From a virus (taxonomy: Duplodnaviria; Caudoviricetes): a stretch of DNA of 44,445 nucleotides. The notes below the pieces were generated by a model. The model did no database searches. It was not told where the DNA came from and saw nothing but the letters and a program-made list of their open reading frames with translations. The translations under genes were made by a program, and so were the position numbers. Location: IMG/VR virus record IMGVR_UViG_3300043775_000882, positions 1 through 44,445 of that record; one strand, written 5' to 3'. Of this stretch, positions 17,544 through 28,900 are shown one piece after another (the stretch's first letter is position 1; each line of letters begins with the position of its first letter).

Positions 17544-19127
17544 TTAACTTTCCAATTGAACTAACGTCAAATATATAGTAAACATACCAGCAGTGGCATT
17601 TGTGTTAGTGACAGCAATCTCTATATCATTAGTTGGAGTTGATTCATCATTAAATCCTATAACACCAGGCGTTATGGCAACGGTCGCATTCGCTGAAGTA
17701 ATAACTTCTGCAATAACCCCTGGGGTTGATGGGTCTACTGTCTGTAATCTACTTGCATCGGCAAGTCTTGCAGCTTTACTAGCGTATATTCTCACCCACG
17801 CACCACCAACAGAGGAATCCGTTCTAACTTTATATAACGCATACCCTTTGTAACCACCAGCGAGTGTTAAATTCACAGTTGCACCGGCATTGATGGTAGC
17901 AGTTTGTTGTAGTGTTTTTCTACTAGACAATCCAGTAGTCGATACGTTCTGTTGCTGACCTGTAACAGAAGCTAATAAATTAGCAACTGTTGTTTTGCTT
18001 AAATAATCACCATCGCGATATAAAAGAACTTGATCAGTTGGTAAAACACTGGTTTGTTGAGTTTGATCTACAATTAACCCTTTAGATACTTTACCGGTAA
18101 CATCTAACGCAATGCCACCGCTACCAGCTATCGTAATTTTTCCACTTACTTTAGCATTTCCAGTAATGTCCAATTCAGCAGTTGGGTGTTCGGTATTAAT
18201 ACCAACTGTGGTTCCAGTTACTTTTAAAATTGTTTTTGGTGCTTGATCTATACTTGTTTGTAGTTCAATACTACCATCAGTGTGGTTATATAACTTAGCA
18301 GCGTTTGATGTTGAATTGTAAGATATGATTAAGTTTCTATCGGTACCAATGGCAAGGCCATCATTATGCTTGATATTGATGGCATGTTCGGTGTTGTTTA
18401 TAGCATCTGTTCTTAAAAACTTATTAGAATCAACTGCCGCATTTCCAACAATCAATTGAGTTGCTGCTGTTGCAGTTCCTGAGAATTGTGGATATCCACC
18501 GTAAAACTTATTCTTATCTAATGTAGTTAATGGCGTATTGAGATTTACACCCGAATTTATTTTACCATATCCTGGAATACCTGCTTTTGGTTGGAATGAA
18601 TCTTTACTAATGATTGCAACTGGAACGCCAGAAATGTAAACTGATAATACAGAGCGAAGAGTATTAGAAGTGTCCATGACTTCTTCGACTAATGCACCGT
18701 TTTTTAGACCATCTCTGGTACTAATAGTTGGACCAACAACCATCCAACTAGAACCAGTATATATGTTAAGTTGTCTATTTGATGTGTCAACCCAAAGTTG
18801 ACCAGCTACAGCAGGTCCTGGATTTTCAGAATTGTATTCGATACCACTAGCCGCTTTCCATCTAGCAGATACCGTTGAACCTGTACCACTGTGAACTCTT
18901 AAATAACCACTTCCCGTATCATACCAAAGTTGCCCAATTTGTGGACTACTAGGCTCGCTATCGCTCGCGAAATTCTCAAGCAGATGTAAGAAGTTTTCTG
19001 CAACAGTTTGACCATAACCAGCAACGAATCTACCAGGAAACTTTAAACTGGTATCTGTATTAGTAGTATTATCATACACTGTATAATCAGGTATTGATGT
19101 ATTTGCATGTTTGATGTTGTATGTCAT
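17544..19127 (-). CDS. Tail fibre paralogue with a distinct ~130-aa C-terminal tip module
   Basis: N-terminal GYGQTVAENFLHLLENFA...GQLWYD anchor; VGINTEHPTAELDITG fibre repeat; C-terminal TGLSSR...GYKGYALYKV...AWVRIY...GVIAEVIT...LTLVQLES module. Confidence 0.8.
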   Translation of the reverse strand: MTYNIKHANTSIPDYTVYDNTTNTDTSLKFPGRFVAGYGQTVAENFLHLLENFASDSEPSSPQIGQLWYDTGSGYLRVHSGTGSTVSARWKAASGIEYNSENPGPAVAGQLWVDTSNRQLNIYTGSSWMVVGPTISTRDGLKNGALVEEVMDTSNTLRSVLSVYISGVPVAIISKDSFQPKAGIPGYGKINSGVNLNTPLTTLDKNKFYGGYPQFSGTATAATQLIVGNAAVDSNKFLRTDAINNTEHAINIKHNDGLAIGTDRNLIISYNSTSNAAKLYNHTDGSIELQTSIDQAPKTILKVTGTTVGINTEHPTAELDITGNAKVSGKITIAGSGGIALDVTGKVSKGLIVDQTQQTSVLPTDQVLLYRDGDYLSKTTVANLLASVTGQQQNVSTTGLSSRKTLQQTATINAGATVNLTLAGGYKGYALYKVRTDSSVGGAWVRIYASKAARLADASRLQTVDPSTPGVIAEVITSANATVAITPGVIGFNDESTPTNDIEIAVTNTNATAGMFTIYLTLVQLES

Positions 19128-19723
19128 TATGCGATTACCTCATTGAAACCAGTTAAACTTTGAATACGGATTGTGTAGTCAATTTGAAGCAATCTATTCA
19201 ATGACTTTTGTACTGGGTGGAAAACAACGTGAGTTAATAATCTAGTACTACCATCAGCATTAACTGTCATTAATCCCAATTCATCAAATACAAAGTTACC
19301 ATTCATATCAACACTATTATCAAATGCTTCCTGACCAGTTGGTTCGCCGTAGTCTAGTAAGCAAGATACTAAAATATCACTGAATGTTGCACCGCTTACA
19401 TGACGAACTTGCATCTTGTTACGAACTGGATCTGCATTATGAATGTCATCTGCTACACTTTTAGAATAGGTTTGATTGTATAAACTACAGTTAACACCCA
19501 CTGTATTTGGTGTTAAGTAAGAAATCAACCCAGTTGGGTCTACAAGAGTACCACCTGTTCCAAATGCCATGGTATTAATACCAAGACCTGTGTTAGTTAG
19601 ACTATTAGCCAATGCAACACTCATGTTTTCGTAATGGATTGCGTTGTCTTTGTCTTCAAAGACTTCATTTGTGGTTGGGTCAAATATTTTGATATGACCA
19701 GTGATTTTGTAATTTAATTGCAT
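19127..19723 (-). CDS. Conserved virion protein, probable baseplate/fibre attachment protein
   Basis: 198 aa, located between the giant wedge gene and the fibre genes; MAFGTGG...FVFDELGL...LLTHVVFHPVQKS pattern resembling fibre-attachment domains; TAATG overlap with the next gene. Confidence 0.7.
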   Translation of the reverse strand: MQLNYKITGHIKIFDPTTNEVFEDKDNAIHYENMSVALANSLTNTGLGINTMAFGTGGTLVDPTGLISYLTPNTVGVNCSLYNQTYSKSVADDIHNADPVRNKMQVRHVSGATFSDILVSCLLDYGEPTGQEAFDNSVDMNGNFVFDELGLMTVNADGSTRLLTHVVFHPVQKSLNRLLQIDYTIRIQSLTGFNEVIA

Positions 19724-19742
19724 CTATTATACCGGTTGTGAG

Positions 19743-19880
19743 TTAGGCTCTGGTTGAAACGAAAACTTCTTCCGTTTCTGGGTCGAAAATCTTAATGTGG
19801 CTTTCATAGTGAAAGCCACCCAATTCATCTGGTTTTGTATCTACCGGTTGTTCACCGGTAGATTGATCAGTTTCTGACAT
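19743..19880 (-). CDS. Unannotated 45-aa micro-ORF, paralogous to the N-terminus of the 198-aa protein
   Basis: Hand translation MSETDQSTGEQPVDTKPDELGGFHYESHIKIFDPETEEVFVSTRA; HIKIFDPxTxEVF is shared with the next gene; late promoter and GGGG RBS-like sequence upstream. Confidence 0.8.
   Translation of the reverse strand: MSETDQSTGEQPVDTKPDELGGFHYESHIKIFDPETEEVFVSTRA
19797..19863. repeat. Two perfect 10-bp inverted repeats inside the micro-ORF
   Basis: GTGGCTTTCA-TAG-TGAAAGCCAC (19797-19819) and ATCTACCGGT-TGTTC-ACCGGTAGAT (19839-19863). Confidence 0.85.
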
Positions 19881-19907
19881 ATGAGCCCCATAAAAGTTAG
19901 TTGTATC

Positions 19908-19916
19908 CTATATTTA
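19908..19916 (-). promoter_or_regulatory. Late promoter TAAATATAG (TAA is the stop codon of the 4514-aa gene)
   Basis: Exact 9-mer about 30 nt upstream of the micro-ORF ATG at 19880. Confidence 0.7.
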
Positions 19917-22900
19917 GTTTGGAACTAACGATGTTTTTTGGGAAATAAACTTAGCAACTGTTGTTGAATTTTCAAGTAATGTTACCCCAGAACTTGCGGT
20001 ATTATTACCTTGATCGTACCAAAGTTTTCCAACTTTACGGAAGATAGTGACTCGAGTACCAACTGGTGCTGGTTCTGTCAATCGTACTACTGGATTGATA
20101 CCATCTACTGAAAACTCAGCATCGATCATAGTATCACCAGCTGGGCTTTCTGCACCTAATTCCGAATTAAACATCATCATTGGATTTTTATGCAATCTTC
20201 TACCAGCTACAAATACTTCGATATGATCACATGGTCCGTAGTTCGCAGGTATTGACCCACGATCCCAGTTAGATCTGGTAGATTTAACTGGTATAAAATC
20301 TACAGGAATTTCCTCAGTAGAACCATCAGAAATCACGTCAATGCGATGTTCAGTATCCATATAAGGTAATCTTTCACTGACGCTAACATCAACTACATAA
20401 CTATCAACTGAGTGTATTTCAGGAATCGATGTACCATTTGTACCACGACGTAATTGTGATATTGTGTTACCATTAATAGCAAAATACGCAATTCTTTCGC
20501 CATTAATATAAATCATACCAGGTGCATTGTTTTCAATAGTTGGTCTATATAAGTTACTCGCATCTGTTACAATGATAGATGTATCGTAGTACTTTAATTC
20601 AGTTGCCAATTTAACAGTATTCATTGAGAATCTAGCAAACCCATTAACATTAAACATATCTTTAGTGATCTCAAATGCGCATGCTTCACGTCTTAAGTTT
20701 GCACCGAATATTAAAATTTTAACGACATCAGTCGAATTGGTATCTATTGCAAATTGCATATAGTTATCAGTTACCGAATAATGTTTATCAGCTATCATTC
20801 TAATACCATTTACATATACCCAAAGATAACTTGATGATATTGGTCTAAATGGCAAGTAATACCGTTGTTTACCACCAACCGTTTCATCTTCAACCAACTG
20901 CATACTATCGTAATTAGTAAACCAAGAAATAGAAATAGAATCACCAGAAGTCAATGGGAATCTTGTAGTGTTGATTGTTACTTGATTACCAGAAATCGTA
21001 TATTGTGCTTCAACGTTATTCGTAATCAGGATGGTATCACCAATGTTCAATGCTTTATTGATAGTCAACGTACTCATATCAAAACTAAACGTATAATCAT
21101 TAATGAACGCAATTGATTGATTATTAACATAAACTTTTATGTTATCTGGTACATGCGCAGTGGTTTTACTTTCAATAGTAAACGAATTTACAAATCCATC
21201 ATAAACCGAATAAACCGAATCAACACCAGTTAGTAATGAACCATTCACCTGAACAATTGCTGGAATTGGTGCATTGGTTGATGGTACAGTATCAAACATT
21301 TGTACTGCAATTATTGGGTTACCAGTATACACAAATGTCTGATCTTTCAACTGGATAATTGAAGAATTAAAGTTAGGATTTGTTCCTTTGAAACATACTA
21401 CATTAACCGTAGATCCTTTATCTGGTTTATTAGCCAATTGTACTACTGTTTTCCCATTAGTTTTATTTGAACCAGAACCACCGATACTTGCTTCAACTGT
21501 TACACCATTTACCGTAACATATGCTGATGTTGTTTCTTTAAATGCAGCAGTCGTTGTATACTTAGATACCTTACCATCTGCAACAAATGTGTTATATGAT
21601 AATATACTTGGACCACCAACACCGATGGAAACAATTGAAATTAACTTATCCATTGCAGGTGCTGTATTAAAGGTAATTGTGCCAGTAGCAACGTTTACCG
21701 TATAATCAGTTCCTAATTTTTTTTTCGCATTATCAACAGTCACAACCACTGAGGTTGAATCAATAATAGCAAGACCAATATCATATGTTGTAGTAACTGC
21801 ATCCCCGTAAGCATATCTACTATGTAACGGTGCAGCACCATTATCTGATTCATCAAATACTCGAATACTAAAGCTGTCCAATACTTGACCTGGTACATTT
21901 TCCTCAGTTGCTGGTACATGCGCTTTACTAATAAACACACCACCATCAATCGCCATTTCTTCAGCAGTTAACCCAGTTGCAGTTGAGTATGCACCATTTG
22001 CATAAGCTAATGAACCACCTTGTAGATTTGTATCTATTATGCTTGGGTCATTAACTGCAACAGAACCATCAGTGTCAGAAATACGTAATACAACTATATC
22101 ACCTTCAAAAGTTTCGAGGTGCGCACCAATTGAAATTACCTTAGTAGTACCATCACCAATGAAAGTTGGCATAACTGCGTATGGATTTACCATACTAGCC
22201 GAATCCCATTGTTGTGTGTAATTGATATCATCAATTCTTATCCACTCAGGCGTTGTTGAATAGGGTGATGCTTTCAATCCATATGGTTGCAACTTGATAA
22301 TTCTTGATGGATTGATTGGTTTAATATACACGTTTATTTGTTGACCAATAGTTGGTGTATAAGGTAACGTAATAGCTAATGTACGAGACGTATCAGTTTC
22401 TAAACAATAGTGATAATGGGTTTTATCAGATTCAATACTATCCCACGTATCCGCATCCCATGGCATTGCATCCCAACCACCGGTAACATCAAATGTTGCA
22501 CCTTGAACTTGTACACCACCAAAATCAATACCGGTAATTAGTTGTGATAATTGCTTACCTTTCATACCAGCTATTGGGTTGTAGTATTTTTCAACTCTAG
22601 CAACCGCATCTAGCATATTGTCATTTTTATCATACACAACACCAATCAGATCATTCAACACTGGTAATGTTTCAAATACCAAATCACTAACCAATACACC
22701 ACCAACGATTGTTGATACTATGTTGTACGCATCGCCTAAAACGATGTGTCCGTTTTTGGTTAGTTGGATTTTAGATTTTTGTTCATTCGCAGGATAAGTC
22801 AATCTAAAAGATGATGAACTACCACTAGCAGTAAATGTGTCAGTATGTGTAAAATCTTGTGTTAAACCAGTTTTTGAAATTCTATCGAACTTCATAGTCA

Positions 22901-25900
22901 GATCAAACATTCTTGCTTTACTATCACCGATAATGGCAACTGCAGTTGCTTGCACTGAATCTGATGGATTCCCACCAGTTAAAGTAACCGTCGGTGCACT
23001 TAGGTATCCAAATCCACCAGAAGTTAAGATAATTTTAGTAACTTTACCACTTGCAATATATGCTTTTGCAGTAGCACCAGTACCAGAACCTGATATTTCT
23101 ACAGTAGGTGGTCTATCATAATTAGTACCTTGGTTATGAATAACAATATCAGTCACTGAATATGCGTGATTATCAGACCACCATTTCCATGGATATCCAC
23201 TGAAAGTCGTCAAACTATTCATTGGCATGATTTTACCATCTTCATAATTGTAAGCTGGCTGTAAATCAAAGTCAGATACACCAGTTGCTGCGGTTTCGAT
23301 AGAATCGTATTTACTAATATATTCTCTAACCGTAGTTCTGTATGGTTTAACTTCATTGATATAACTTTCAAAACTACTTAAATTATCACTGTTGTAATTC
23401 AAGGTTTGTTTGAACGGACCAATGTTGTGAGTAGCAGTTATAAAACTAGTTTTAAATGCCCAGTCAATATACATTTGTTCAGCAAAAGCTGCTCTTACAC
23501 TAGAGAAGAATAAGTTATTCCATTCGACGTCATATTCACCAGTGAAAATATCTTCTTTAACTGCTCGTAGAATAAATCTCAACTCACGAGTAAAGTCCCT
23601 GTCATACGAAATACCATCAAATGGAGCAACGCCATCATAGCCAAATGTAGTAGTATATAATATTGAGCTAAGTTGGATAGTACCGTTTTCACGACCTACC
23701 ATACTATAGTAATCAGAGAATACTTCTAAGTCGTAATTAGTAACACCAGCGACGTCATCTTCATCTGCGATTCTTTCAAATACAGCCCAACCACCGTTTT
23801 CGTATTCTTTGATTCTAATTAAATCACCAACTTCGGTTTCTAAGTCGTTGATTGAAACAATAGATGGGATTTCTTTAATAATTCTTGATGACAAACCATA
23901 ACCAGATTTCCACCAATCAACATATGACCAATATCTAGTAGCATCATATTGCTGTGTTGCATTACGAGTGAACTGATTGATATGAGCATTCCATTCGTAG
24001 ATACTCCAGAAATTACTGATAGATTCATCGGCTTTTACTAGTACTGATAATGGTCTTACGATAGCAGTTGTATTGCTATATTTCTTACCACTGTACTTGA
24101 TTTCAGCTAAGATTACTCGACCATAATTATCGATAATCAGTTCAACAACTGCACCAGAACCATCACCATCAACTGTAACTAATGGTCCTTTATACCCAGT
24201 TCCTTTATAATTATATTGTGGTAAATTCAAGTTTTCATATACTGGAATTGATGGTTTATATCCATAACCTTGATTTGTAATGGTTACTTGAGTTACTTTG
24301 CCATTAGTTAATCCCAATTCGATAGTTGCTTGTTGTGCATGACCAGTATTAACGTACTGCAAATCTAACAAGGTATCAACTACGGTATCATATCTGTTAG
24401 ATTCAACAGATGGTACTGGATCAATTGAATTTAAAATTTCAAAGTTGATGCTACTTGTAAATGGTGCTTTTAATAAAACGCCATTAACGTGTTCGATTGC
24501 AGATTTCAAAACAGTAGTTCTATCAATAAACATACTTTGTCTTGGTCTAAAAGATAATCCATAACGTTGTTTTACTGGTAAACTATCATCAGGTACTCTA
24601 TTACCTGCAGAATCAGCACCGATTAAACTATCAATCCATTTTAATTCTAATGGTGCTGATGGTACACTAGATGCTAACCCTTCAGTCATCAATTGATATT
24701 CGTTATGAACTGGAATCAATGATGAATCATCTTTATAGTAAACTACATTAATCAACGCAGTATCAGATGGTAGTTTAGAACCGACGTTGAATGTTAGTAA
24801 TTCGTTTTGGCTAGTGAATGCTACAAATGCAACGCCAGTACCAATTGGGTTTGAAATAGCCGTTGCAACGTCAGATGCTGAAACTGTTCTGGTTGATCCA
24901 CTTGGTATAATTACGGGATTTTTAACCCAGAAATAGTAATACGTTTCTGTTGTTACACCAGTTACTGTGTTGTACAAGTTTTTGACAGTTAATACATTAT
25001 CATTAGGATACAGTGGTTGACCTGAAATACCTTCAGCAATACCTTCGTTTGTATCGGCTAACGTAGCCCATTCAGAAGGTAATATCTTGGTTTTAACCCA
25101 TTCGTAAACATCAACACTTGAGCCAGTTGCCATTTGATTCCAATGGCCTGTTCTGTATGCGAAATCACCTTGTTCTGCATAAACCCATTTAACAGCAGAA
25201 ACATCCCACCATAATTTACCAACATGAGCATCATCCCATGATTGCGTTGGTTCAATAATTTGAATTGTGTCGTCAGTACCGTTAGTATAAACGGCTGGAT
25301 CATACAACGTTTTGTAGGTAATTGCTTGCTCTGCGTAATTGAGAACTTTCAATTTTGCATGATCTACATAGTCTAAATCTTGGATTTTGATGTTTTTAAC
25401 ATTATCATACAATTCAACACTTTTGACTTTTGCAATATCAACTACTTCAGCTTGCTGTGCGATTGTATTCCATGAGTTAGCAGTTTTATCCTGCACAAAT
25501 AATCTCATCATACCAACTTTATCAGTTGTTCCTGGAACCATATAATTTGGTGAACCAACAACAACCACATCATCGGTACATGCAACCGCAAATCCATATG
25601 ATTCATATGGCTGCATAACAATATCAGTTGGTACTGGTTTAGCAGTTAAGAAGTAAAGATCCGCTTTCTTCTCAAATACATAAATTCCACCAGCACTACC
25701 AATTGAAGTTACGATTTTAGTTCTGTTTTCATCAAAAGTGGTAGTACCATTATCAAAAAGTTTGTACTGTGTATATGGTGTGTTTTTAGCACCTACTACC
25801 AACGTATTACCAGTAGCACTAAAAGATAATGAAGTACCAAATAGCTCATTTGAGATAGAATCGAAACTTTGTAATCGTTGTTCAACATCACGAGAATATA

Positions 25901-28900
25901 CACCAGCAGAATCTCGATGAATAACATATACTGAACCTTGATCTGGTACAGTAATATCTGCATTTGGGCTTGAAATAATAGCAACAGATCCATCACCATT
26001 AATCGCAACTTTATAACCAAATTGGTCACCTGTATTACCTGATTCATTTTCAAGTCGGTGGTCTGCTTGTTCACTATATAGGTGGTTTGAATTCAACAAG
26101 TATGGAATAACCAAACCTTTACCAATGGTTGGTTTACCAACTAATACAGTAGAACAATCACCACTAACAGCAACTGAAAGACCGGTATCTAATAGTGGAT
26201 TGAATTGGTTTGTATAGCTTGCATGTCTATAATGTTTCCACGAAGTTCCAAGGAATTCATACATATAAACTTGACCATCACCAAGTCCAGAGGCAATGGC
26301 CATTGTATATGTTCCATCTGCTGCGAAACCAATAGAAATATCAGAACCAAATAATTCATAATCTTTTGGTCTTGGGCTGATAATGGTACGGTTTAATGCC
26401 CATCCACCTTCTTTGTATTCATATATTGCAACAGTACCTTGATTAGTATAACCCGCATTACTACCAATTGCAGCTGCTGGTACGAGTGCAGCAGGTCTCC
26501 AATCTTCTGAATATATTGAATTAGAACTACCGTCAATTGTTATATCGGTTGTTGCTTCCCATAACATATCATCATACAGCACGATATCACCGTACATATA
26601 ATCTGTAGTTTGGTTATAAACACCCATATAGTTGCTATGCACTAAACTTGCTTTAGGAGCACCAATTGCCATAAATCTCGAATCTGGTGATAACGCAATT
26701 GTCATACCAAACGAACCATTCAAATGTTCACCTAAACTAATAGGTGGCATTATCACTGCTTTACTTTTAGTAAATGAAATTCCGTCATAGACTAATGCGT
26801 AATCTGAACCAGAAACACCAATGATGGTTTGTCCCAAGCGTTCAGCATAAGCAACTGCAGAACCAGCATTATATGGGGTTACAGAAATGCCGTAATTCTT
26901 TTCTTTTAAACTGTAGTCGGAATAAGTATCTTGTTTTTGAACAACTTCCCACTTAGTATTTGAATTATTATCAACCCAAAGTGTAGCACCTTTTGTGTAA
27001 GTAGCTGATGTTTCTGGATCAACTTTATCATAATCACTGAATCTAGCAGTGGTTAATACACTAATATTCAGTGGTATGCTAGCCGGTAATATTGGTGCAC
27101 CTGTCAATGAACTACCATCAAGTGTGATAGAATTCCAATCAATTGCCGTTATTTTAAAGAAACCAACCAGATTAGTTGTTACATTGATTGGCTTAATACC
27201 AATAATATCATCGACTTTTAAACCATGTCTATCAGATAGTGTTAATGTAAAATCAGTACCAGTTACAGTAATTGATTCTATTCTAAGATTGGTTTGATTA
27301 TATCTCAACACATCCCACGAATAATCGCTAAATGTCACCCAAATGTGGTCATTTTCGTACATCATGGTGATATCTAACGCTAAAATGTCAGTTCGTGTTT
27401 TAACCGATGCTTTAATTTGATCAGTTTTTACATAACCAGCAGTTCTAACAGGTTCGCTTAATACAACTGGGTGTATACTTGTTGTATATGGCGTTGGTGC
27501 AATCGTGAAGTTATCTCTGATTAATTGATACTTTTGATCATTAACTGGTAGTGCAATTGAATTTGCAATCTCAATTGCTTGTGGATTAAGTTTAAACATT
27601 CCTTTTTGAACTTGGAACTCTACTTCTTTTAACTGATCCAAACCACCAAATCGACCAACTCGGAATGCCCACTCTTCGTTCATGACAATACTTGCATCAC
27701 CAGAACGGCTTAGTTTATCAAATACCTTATTAACTGCATTTGCAGTACCTTTTTCACGAATAAATCCTTGATACAACTGGAATTGCGTTACTGGGTCTGG
27801 TGCTAATGCTTGTAAGTATTCTCTTGTTTGGTAACCAATCGCATGTCTTGCTAAACTTCTTTGATTTTCACCAATACCTTCAGAAGTTACATCGTAGTAA
27901 TCTTCGAATTGGTTTACTTTATAATCGTAGTTTGCAACCAATTGTTTTGTTGGAGTTGAATCCAATTTAGTCCAATTAGTATCATCAAAGTTAGCAGTTC
28001 CTAATTGATTTTTTGAACTAGTCCAATTATTCGAACGATACGATACAATATCACCCATTTTATAATCAGTATAGGGTGCCCATGTAGAAATAGTTACGTT
28101 ATCAAATAAGAAACCTGGGCTTGTGTAATCACCATCCCAATCTACCGTTCTATAACCTTGTGATTTGATTCTACCTTGTCTGTAACCAGTTGGCTTGTCA
28201 TAAATCACGTCATTGAATACTGTTCTATCATCAAAAACGGCAACATGCTCTTTTAGTACACAATATAAATTCAAATAGTAGATACCATCTGCACTAGCTG
28301 ATGGTGAAACCGTTATCTTTTGGAATGACCGTGTAATATCGATTTCGTTCAATTGGAATGGCTGTCCATTTGCCTTTAATATTTCATAATCATAAAAACC
28401 ATCAACTACACTTTCAGCAACACCACCACCCATCGTAATATCAATTTTAGATGCAACTGGGCTTAATGCAATCAATGAACCTTCTGCCCAATTACTTTTC
28501 GTCCAGAACATAAGTTCTTTAGCAGCAGTTGTCCAATTGATTGGTGTTTGCGTGGCAGTGTCATAACCATCGAATACGAAACCAACTCCTTTTAAGTATT
28601 CTTCATACCCAAGTAAGAAATCAACTACTTCTTGGATAGAACCAAGTTTAGTACCATAATTCAAGACCTTAAGACTAAACTTATTAAATGACGAACGTTT
28701 GACAGCCGTAACTTCACCAGTAGTTGGTAAGTTTTTCATCATTTGCCAGTCATTGTATGTGTTGTCAAATGTTTCACCACTATTAGTTCTTAATGCTTTA
28801 AAGAACTGAGTTTGATACTTAACAATTTCACCGTTTTTATAAGTAACATTGGGTTTCCATATTGAATATGGCTGGCTTACGCCACCAACTGTCATTAATA

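Noticed and set aside
12553-18992. AGATGTAAGAA shared by three fibre genes as a site-specific recombination or shufflon site
   Set aside because: It encodes the conserved FLHL with common codons, all copies have the same orientation, and there is no recombinase in the window.
22380-22420. CLETDTS in the giant protein as an intein N-terminus
   Set aside because: No intein block B, no C-terminal HN-(C/S/T) junction and no endonuclease motif were seen downstream.
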